DNA of 64,000 bases from the human T2T-CHM13v2.0 reference genome, Homo sapiens: the NCBI RefSeq assembly GCF_009914755.1, contig NC_060938.1. The stretch is one strand, 5' to 3'. Below, piece by piece: positions 54,694 to 64,000 of this stretch. Positions within the stretch are counted from its first letter, which is position 1. Every line of letters begins with the position of its first letter. The position numbers and the translations under genes were made by a program. Under the pieces are notes generated by a model, which did not search any database, was not told the origin of the DNA, and worked only from the letters and a program-made list of their open reading frames with translations.

Positions 54694-56369
54694 AAGAGGA
54701 GACTGTTAATGTGTACTTATAAATTCACATTGTCAGTATTTTTTAATATTGGGTCTGAATAATTATCTGAATTCTACTTAAGCTATAAGTCTCTGTCATT
54801 TTTGCTTGAAAATTAGCATGCCTCTGTCTTAAAAGAGACCATCAAACCTATTAAGTATTCTTATTGTTTATCTTTTTTTAATTGCCATTTGATTTTTATT
54901 GTGGAGGAGGAGGATCTAATATATAATATTCAATACAATTGTAATGTAGAAATATAAGAATTTAGAAAAAAGTAAACTTGCCATTTGGTTAAGGTTACCT
55001 GCTTTTTATTTTATTCCAGAAATAAGATAGTTACAGCATAGCAGTCATATGAAGTTATGAATAGAACTGAGATTTTTATGTAATTAGTTATAGGCAAAAT
55101 ACTTTCATATTTTTAGATTAGACAGACGAAAGACCAAGAGGAAATGACTGTGCCTGGAACAGGATGAAATAGACAAGTAGAGATTTAATTAGCAAAAATT
55201 TTGTAGGGAAGTAAAATTTTTTCTAAGTCTATACGTTTTTAATTCATCTTTAAGATTGAGCTAAATTATCTACCATTGCCTATTTACAGGATAAGTACAT
55301 TCAGGACAATTTATTGTACCATTCTTTCATATACCATAGCAGATTATCCATTTCAATTTTTTTTTACTCCACAGGAAAATGTAAGCTACTTTGTCATAGA
55401 TCACAAAAGAATCATAATGCTAACAAACTCTATTTCTTCCTTATTAAATCTGTATCCATTAAAGTAACTTTTTTAACTATGAGAATTAGAAAATAAGGGA
55501 CAACAGGGGTTAAAAATAAACTGATTTAATTTGCTCTATAGTCCTAAAGAGAATTATATCCTCTCATAGACCAATGACTCTATAATAGAGAAATATGTAA
55601 TGATTTGGTCATGCATGGAGTCTTGTCTCTGGGCTCTATTTGAAACGTGTAACAGCTCCCTATGTGAAGAAACATTATCTTTAAAGTCATCTGGGAGGTG
55701 CAGGTAAGTAAAGAGAAACAATTTTTGTCACAAAGTAGTCCATTCCTGATCTCACTTAAAATAAATCACAAGTAAATTTGAATTTTCGGTTTAATGTTGA
55801 AAGCAGATGAACTTTTCTTGAGTTATTTTGTCTTTTAGAATACACAAAATATAGTATAAAGACATTTCACAATTTCCAAACAAATCTTTCTACGCTTAAA
55901 TGATCAAATTAGAAAAACCAATTCCTATAATTAATATGCAGAACTTTTATAGAATATGATATTATAAAGTTAAATTTGCAAAATAATTCTAACATCCACT
56001 ATTGTTCAGTATAGGTAATCTCCCAAAAATATCACATCCTCTTGAAAATGAATTGTCTACAAAATTTCAAATGCAAAGTATTACAGCCAAATATTATCTT
56101 AATTAATTTCTTACACTTAAAAGTGTCCATCAACAGTGTGTCAGATGGTCTTTATATATTTTTTCTGTATGAAGGAATAGCCTTGCCTACTGAAGATAGG
56201 TTCTCTATGTATTCAACAATAATGCAACTTTAGAAGTATTCCACACTGCTGAGAAATGTTGCTTTGAGTTTGCTTTACACATCATCAACACTAAATCCTA
56301 TAGTAACATGAGAATTCACTTCTTCTTGTAAAAATAAGTAATTTACAGGAAAGGCAAAATGCTAATACT

Positions 56370-56640
56370 AACATTTGTAGCACTTGATGATTTACAAAGT
56401 CCTTTTACATCTGTTTTTTCATTTGATCCTATCGACAATCATAATAATAATAAATTATATATATAACCCATATAATAATGATGGTGATGATAATTTTAGT
56501 ATTACTGTCATTATAATTATTATTATATTCATTCTACAGATGAGGAAACAGACTCAGTAAGCCTTGGAATTTGCCAAGGACTGGCTAGGACCTAGAACTA
56601 AGATCTTATAACCACACTCCATGCAACTATGAGTCTCTAA
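56370..56640 (-). mobile_element. MIR in the 3'UTR
   Basis: tcatttgatcct...cattctacagatgaggaaacagactcag...ttgccaagg...ggacctagaact. Confidence 0.7.
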
Positions 56641-57933
56641 ATCTCTCTGTAAGAAAAAAATTTCAAAGTAAAGATTTTACTCTTGCAATTTCTGTTGTGA
56701 TAGTACCATCTCTTTCACATACTACATACAAATTCCCTAATAATCAAAAGATTGTACACATTTTTTTCAATGAAGTACAATAATGTGAACTGCATGTGTA
56801 AACAGCATCACATTATTACCACCTCTCTATGGTATTATAGTGGCAGTATGCTTTGCCTCAGCCTTCACTAATTAGGAATATTGTGACAATTCATTGCTAA
56901 TAAAACATAACATGAGTCTCTTTGTACTGTTTTTAATTTGGCCTGATGCTAAAACCTATCAGTTTAGTTTTTTAACATGGTAGTCTAAACTTCAAGTCTT
57001 GCTCTATCTCCTAGAGCAATTTAGAGCTAAAACCAGTAATAAGCAAAGTTATTGGTTATAAGCAAGGTATAAGCAGTTAAAGCAAAGTTATTAATTATTA
57101 ATATATGAGAATTTAAAATTTTATAAATAAGTTAGAAATTATTAATGTATTTTAAATATGGAGTAAAATATTTTGCTAATTTTTTTCAATGATAAAGTTG
57201 ATCCTTTGTATATTTCCTTATTCAAATAAATTCAGTCATCTTCTTATCAGGTTGCTTATTTATATAATTAGTTTATTTTATTAAAAATCTAGAATATTAA
57301 AGATTTATACTTTTAATATTGAATATAGTTTCGTAGAAAAACATTTTATATGTACTATTCTTAAAGATCACAATTATTTTTAAACTTTCTATTTTCAAAT
57401 ACTTGTGATTAATAAGGCATTCTATGATGAAATAGCCATGGCTTATATATTTTTGTCTTTTCACATATGATGTGTTTGGAACCCAAATTTTTTACTGATT
57501 TTATTGTGTTGTTGGTAACTAGTATTTACAGCTAACCTATCTATTCATATTTTACATATATATATATATATATACATGCACACACACTGATACATTTACC
57601 TTTTAAAAAATGATTTATAAGTGAACTGTTAGGCTCCAGTGATTTCAGTGTTTTGTTCATGTTTTATTGGAAATGCACGTGGTTTCTTAGGCTTTTAAAC
57701 AAATACATGGAATGGTTGAAAGATTTATTTTGCTCGTGCTTAGCTAAATATGTCATCTCTAGAAAAGATGTGGTTTGTTTTGGCACTGTTTTAAAAACTC
57801 AAATATTTTAAACATTTGTTAAGTTGGAGCTTGCACATTTAAACCAGCAGCATACGTTCCAGAAGAGCATCTCAAGTTACCAAATTTTTTGTAATCCTTT
57901 TACTAGAAAAATCTTTTTTGAAGAGTTTTTCTT

Positions 57934-57969
57934 GTGCTTGCTTCGGCAGCATATATACTGAAATTAGAA
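57934..57969 (+). pseudogene. U6 snRNA 5' fragment (nt 1-36), 3'-truncated retrocopy
   Basis: gtgcttgcttcggcagcatatatactgaaattagaa vs U6 GTGCTCGCTTCGGCAGCACATATACTAAAATTGGAA: 32/36 identical, starting at U6 nt 1. Confidence 0.88.
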
Positions 57970-58292
57970 AAAGAAAACTTTTCTTTTTTATTATATATTT
58001 TAGTGTAAGTTAAGTTAAACTTCTAAAAGTTGAATTATTTAATGTAGGACTTCATAAATAGTATTTGACAATGATAAATGTGTATTTTTGAGAATCATTA
58101 AAATGTATACAATGATATTCCTTTGCAGAAGTCTTAATATGCATAATTTTTAATCTAATTGTCTTCTAAATATAGTTTTGGTGTATGCTGGTATTTTAGA
58201 AGCCACCAATTTCTGGACTATCTGATTATTAACAAAGATGTATTTTAATGCACAAACTCAAATGTTTAAAATATATATTTACTTTGTACTCA

Positions 58293-58298
58293 AATAAA
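58293..58298 (+). terminator. Candidate distal poly(A) signal AATAAA
   Basis: AATAAA with an upstream TGTA (CFIm-like) motif, at the end of the repeat-poor UTR-like block. Confidence 0.5.
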
Positions 58299-58649
58299 AT
58301 CCCCTATTGCAAATCCTATACATATTTCAATGCAATTCTTATACATCGATCTTAATCAAATTTATAAATGTACAATCCTGAAGACAGTGTACTAGATATG
58401 CACTATAAAATATATTGCAGTAAGGAAACAGATTAAGTTCACTGTCAAACTGTCTGACTTCCTTAACAAATTTAATAAAGATAAATGTCAATATGAACAA
58501 ATTTGTTAGGTACCTTAGGAATCTTTCAAAACTATTTAGATATAAAATAAAATTATAGTAATAAAATATTGAGGAGAAATATCATTTTTAGTGAATATGG
58601 TTAGAAAGAACATAAGAAGTGAGATCAAATTATTTTAATTAAAAAAATA

Positions 58650-59012
<363 letters not shown>

Positions 59013-60004
59013 TCATTTTGGAATATGTACGTGGAATTTTGCTTCAATAGCTGAAATCTAAAAACACTCTTTCTGTTGCATTTGATTATTCAATCATGAT
59101 AAGGTAAATGTAAACAGACTGTGTAGCACTCTATCACCTGGAGTGAACTTAGAATTTACAGCTTAGAGTACATGACTAAAAGAGGAATGGAGTGGAAGTG
59201 GGCAGTAGGTGTCTTTGGGGCAAAAATTCTATAAACTGGTGATATCTAAACTATCACATTACTTTGTTAAATTATTGTTTCATCACGTATGACCTTTGTG
59301 ATTTGTCACACATTTTACTTCTACATATGCACATAATTGTAATTTTTTTAACTTTAAAAAGTCAATTATGTTTAAGAAAATTTTTAAAATAAGAATGAAC
59401 GTATGTGATATTTACTGTGATATTTACTCGTGTATTTACGATTTCTGATGCCCTTATTTTCTTTACATACATCCGTGTATCCACCTGTTACCATTTTCCT
59501 TCTGCCCAAAGTATTTATCATCTATACCAGTGAAGAACTGTTGGTTCAACTGTTGTATGTCTGAAAATGTGACTCTTTTTCTGCCTCCATTCTGTGAAAA
59601 AAAAATTGCTGCATATAGAATTTGAGGTTAACATGGTTTTGTGGATTTTTTTCAGTATTTTAAAGATGTTGCTCTAATATTTCTGGTTTGCTTTGTTCCT
59701 GCTGTCATTCTTATTTTTATTTTCTGTACATTATGTGTCCTCTAGCTGCTTTAAAGATTTTCCCTTTGTCACTTGCTTTAACCAATTTGATTTTGATATG
59801 TAGTGTCGATTTCTGCATGTTTCTGTGCCTGTGGTTTGCTGAACTTCTTGGATCCATGAATTTGCAGTCTTTATCGAAAATTTCAGCCATTATTTCTTCC
59901 AATATTTTTCCCTATCTCTTTTCTTCTTTCTCTGGATCTACTATTCTCTGGATATTAGGCTACTTAAAGTTATCCTACAACTTGTTCATGCTTCGTTCTT
60001 TATT

Positions 60005-60255
60005 TTAATTTTTAATTTTGTGTGTACATAGTAGGTGTATATATTTATGGGGCACATGAGATATTTTGATATAGGCATACAGTGCATAATAATCACATCA
60101 GGGTAAATGGGATATCCATCACCTCAAGCATTTATCCTTTTTGTTACAATTAATTATACTCTTTCAGTTATTTTTAAGTGTACAATAAATTATTGACTGT
60201 AGTCAGCTTGTTGTGCTATCAAATATTAGATCTTATTCGTTCTAACTATATTTTT
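60005..60255 (-). mobile_element. L1MA-type 3' end fragment
   Basis: gtacatagtaggtgtatatatttatgggg.acatgagatattttgat...tccatcacctcaagcatttatcc. Confidence 0.8.
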
Positions 60256-60496
60256 ATTATATTTCTTTTCAGTTTTTTTCTCTGTTTCATTTTGGATAGT
60301 TTCTATTGCTTTGTCTTCAAGTTTACTAATCTTTTCTTTTGCAGTGTCTAATGTGTTGTTAACCCATCCAGGCCCTCTTTCTTCACAGACATTGTATTTT
60401 TCATCTCTATAAGTTAGAATTGAGTTTTTAAAATTTTTTATGGCTCTCCTTAACTTATTCATGCTTTACATTATCTTCAGGAACATAAAACATATA

Positions 60497-60802
60497 CAGT
60501 GGTTTCACTTCCTTGGTTTTAGTTACCCACAACTAACCACAGTCCAAAAATAGGTAAGTATAGTATAATAAGATATTTTGAGAGACAGAAACCACATTCT
60601 CATGCCTTTTATCACAGTATATTGTTATAATTATTCTATTTTATTATTATTTATCTCTTACTATGCCTAATTTAGAAATTAAACATTATCATAGAAATGT
60701 ACATATAGGAAAAAATATATGTAGGGTTCGGTACTATCCTTGGTTTCAGACATCTACTGAGGGTCTTGGAATGTGTCCCCCACAGATAAGAAGAGATTGC
60801 TG
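60497..60802 (+). mobile_element. MER44A-like TcMar-Tigger relic
   Basis: TA flanks; ggttttagttaccc...gtccaaaaatagg...agggttcggtactatcc..ggtttcag.catc.actg.gggtcttggaa. Left TIR partly deleted. Confidence 0.8.
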
Positions 60803-61690
60803 TAATAACTGTTTTAACGTTCATGTTTGTTAATTATGTCATCTGTGCAACTTCCTGGCCTGTTTCTATTGATTGATTTTTTTTTCTTACCATAGTTTAT
60901 ATTTTTCTGCTTTACATGCTGATAACTTTTTATTGAATGCCAGTTATTGTAAATTTTATCTTGTTGGGTGCTGAATATTTTTGTATTTCTTTAAAATGTT
61001 TTGAGTTTCTGAATATATTACCTTATATTCTTTGTAGTATATGATGACTATATGAAAATTTAGGTCATTGTTCTCCCTTTTCTTTCCTGGTGATTTTTAC
61101 CCTGGCCTTGCTAGTTTGCTCACATATGTGTGCTGATCAGTACTCTGAGAAAGACTCAAGGAATGGTCTACAGCTCTCTAGAGCCAAACTCGCTCTCCTA
61201 TGTATCCTCTCTCTCTTTTTCTCTGTGCAGCCCTCTCCTCTGCTTAGAATTTCTCCTCTCCAGTACCCTGAGTTGTAAATTCTGTCTGCCCTGGTGTCCC
61301 CAGATTCTCAACTCTGTGTCCTCAACTCAGGGAGACTTCCAAGCTCTGTTTGGTTGTCCCACTCCACTCTTTGTAAATTCTCCAGACCATAAGCTGGGGC
61401 AATCATCGGGCTCACTTCATTTGTTTGATTCACTGTCCTGGACTGCCTATTGTCCAAAGTCCAAAAACATTGTTTCATGTATTTTCAGTATTGCTTTTTA
61501 TTTGGTTGGTGTTGGTTTTGGTTTTGTTGTTGTTTTTTTTTTTTTTAGTTTTTTAAGGACAGTGGCAGGATAAATCTGGTCCCTGTTATTCCATTGTAGC
61601 CAGAAGTGTAGGTCCTCCTGTTGATCTTTTAAAATGTCATCCTGTTAATATCTAGCTTCCCTCTTACCTGTTTAGAAATCAGCTGTCAGT

Positions 61691-63693
61691 CTTTTTTTTT
61701 TTTTTTAATTTTTTTTTTTTTTTTTTAATTGATCATTCTTGGGTGTTTCTCGCAGAGGGGGATTTGGCAGGGTCATAGGACAATAGTGGAGGGAAGGTCA
61801 GCAGATAAACAAGTGAACAAAGGTCTCTGGTTTTCCTAGGCAGAGGACCCTGCGGCCTTCCGCAGTGTTTGTGTCCCTGGGTACTTGAGATTAGGGAGTG
61901 GTGATGACTCTTAAGGAGCATGCTGCCTTCAAGCATCTGTTTAACAAAGCACATCTTGCACCGCCCTTAATCCATTTAACCCTGAGTGGACACAGCACAT
62001 GTTTCAGAGAGCACAGGGTTGGGGGTAAGGTCACAGATCAGCAGGATAAGAATTTTTCTTAGTACAGAACAAAATGAAAAGTCTCCCATGTCTACCTCTT
62101 TCTACACAGACACGGCAACCATCCCATTTCTCAATCTTTTCCCCACCTTTCCCCCCTTTCTATTCCACAAAACCGCCATTCTCATCATGGCCCGTTCTCA
62201 ATGAGCTGTTGGGTACACCTCCCGGTCGGGGTGGTGGCCGGGCAGAGGGGCTCCTCACTTCCCAGTAGGGGCGGCCAGGCAGAGGCGCCCCTCACCTCCC
62301 GGACCGGGCGGCTGGCCGGGCGGGGGGCTGACCCCCCCACCTCCCTCCCAGACGGGGCGGCTGGCTGGGCGGGGGGCTGACCCCCACACCTCCCTCCCGG
62401 ACGGGGCGGCTGGCCGGGCAGAGGGGCTCCTCACTTCCCAGTAGGGGCGGCCGGGCAGAGGCACCCCTCCCCTCCCAGACGGGGCAGCTGGCCGGGCGGG
62501 GGGCTGACCCCCCCCACCTCCCTCCCGGACGGGGCGGCTGGCCGGGCGGGGGGCTGATCCCCCCACCTCCCTCCCAGACGGGGCGGCTGGCCGGGTGGGG
62601 GGCTGACCCCCACACCTCCCTCCCAGACAGGGCGGCTGGCCGGGCAGGGGGCTGACCCCCCCACCTCCCTCCTGGACGGGGCGGCTGGCCGGGCAGAGGG
62701 GCTCCTCACTTCCCAGTAGGGGCAGCCAGGCAGAGGCGCCCCTCACCTCCCGGACGGGGTGGCTGGCCGGGCAGGGGGCTGACCCCGCCACCTCCCTCCT
62801 GGATGGGGCGGCTGGCCTGGCGGGGGCTGACCCCCACCTCCCTCCCTGACAGGGTGGCTGCCGGGCGGAGACGCTCCTCGCTTCCCGGACGGGGTGGCTG
62901 CCGGGCGGAGGGGCTCCTCACTTCTCAGATGGGGCAGTTGCCAGGCGGAGGGTCTCCTCACTTCTCAGACGGGGTGGCCGAGCAGAGACGCTCCTCACCT
63001 CCCAGACGGGGTCGCGGCCGGGTAGAGGCGCTCCTCACATCCCAGACGGGGCGACGGGGCAGAGGCGCTCCCCACATCTCAGACAATGGGCGGCCGGGCA
63101 GAGACGCTCCTCACTTCCTAGATGGGATGGCGGCCGGGCAGAGACGCTCCTCACTTTCCAGACTGGGCAGCCAGGCAGAGGGGCTCCTCACGTCCCAGAC
63201 GATGGGCGGCCAGGCAGAGATGCTCCTCACTTCCCAGACAGGGTGGCGGCCGGGCAGAGGCTGCAATCTCGGCACTTTGGGAGGCCAAGGCAGGCGGCTG
63301 GGAGGTGGAGGTTGTAGCGAGCCGAGATTACACCACTGCACTCCAGCCTGGGCACCATTGAGCACTGAGTGAACCAGACTCCGTCTGCAATCCCGGCACC
63401 TCGGGAGGCCAAGGCTGGCAGGTCACTCGCGGTTAGGAGCTGGAGAGCAGCCCGGCCAACACAGCGAAACCCCGTCTCTACCAAAAAAATACGAAAACCA
63501 GTCAGGCGTGGCGGTGCGCGCCTGCAATCGCAGGCACTCGGCAGGCTGAGGCAGGAGAATCAGGCAGGGAGGTTGCAGTGAGCTGAGATGGCAGCAGCAC
63601 AGTCCAGCTTCAGCTCGGCATGAGAGGGAGACCGTGGAAAGAGAGGGAGAGGGAGACCGTGGGGAGAGGGAGAGGGAGAGGGAGAGGGAGAGC
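61691..63693 (-). mobile_element. Full-length SVA retrotransposon (about 2 kb; subfamily uncertain, D-like)
   Basis: Poly(T), SINE-R (about 61730-62215), GC-rich VNTR (about 62215-63260), Alu-like domain, (CCCTCT)n on the - strand. TSD ctgtcagt at 61683-61690 and 63694-63701. Confidence 0.97.
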
Positions 63694-64000
63694 CTGTCAG
63701 TGTTATTGTCTCCTTGAAGTAAACTTTTTTGTTTCTCTGATTGCTTTTTACATTTTTTTCTTTTACTTTTTTTTTTGGCAGTTTTATTTTATGCCTTGAT
63801 GTGGTCTTCTTTTTATATTTCTTGCTTGAGTTCAGAGACCTTATTAAAGCTCTGTCTTCTTTTCTCAATTTTAGGACATGTTTAGTCAATATCTCTTTCT
63901 CCTCCTGAGACTTCAATTACATATATGTTAATCTTTTCATTGTGTTCCCATATTTTCTATTCTTTTTTTCTAGTTCTATGTGCAACAGTTTTGATTTTTG

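Larger units (their letters stand above)
54032..58320 (+). other. MIPOL1: MIPOL1 long 3'UTR (end approximate)
   Basis: Follows the stop codon; AU-rich and repeat-poor. Several AATAAA signals, including 54688-54693 and 58293-58298. The distal end is inferred. Confidence 0.65.
59430..64000 (-). mobile_element. Old L1M 5'/ORF1 region hosting nested insertions (L1MA 3' end, MER44A, SVA)
   Basis: Minus-strand ORFs 59717-59902 and 60226-60462 retain L1 ORF1-like peptides (EEIMAEIF, IKLVKASDKGKIFKAAR, LDTAKEKISKLEDKAIE). Similar sequence resumes after the SVA. Confidence 0.65.

Noticed and set aside
62255-63581. Overlapping Pro/Gly/Arg-rich ORFs up to 189 aa
   Set aside because: Artefacts of the stop-poor GC-rich SVA VNTR and Alu-like domain.

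Overview
AT-rich human (primate) genomic DNA containing the 3' end of MIPOL1 on the + strand. The gene is recognised from memory of its protein C-terminus; by established knowledge it lies at 14q next to FOXA1. The window holds the penultimate coding exon (6950-7180), a 46.8-kb last intron, and the terminal exon (53965 to about 58320) with a long 3'UTR. Most remaining sequence is interspersed repeat: a 5'-inverted (twin-primed) L1PA2-like element, a full-length decayed L1PA6-like element, a full-length SVA, about 14 Alus, THE1 and MLT1 LTRs, MER DNA-transposon relics, L2/MIR/L1M fragments, and a tailless U6 retrocopy in the 3'UTR. Almost all listed ORFs are repeat-derived or spurious. The most unusual structures are two local templated rearrangements. 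First, a (TA/TG)-rich tract at 16.3-17.3 kb has captured direct and inverted copies of sequence lying 3 kb away. Second, a +/-/+ triplicated mosaic occupies 36.6-40.0 kb. In addition, the symmetric 231-nt exon is bracketed by both inverted and direct L1 repeats, so it could circularise into a stop-free ORF. Repeat subfamily calls and identities were judged by eye from remembered consensus sequences and need RepeatMasker confirmation.
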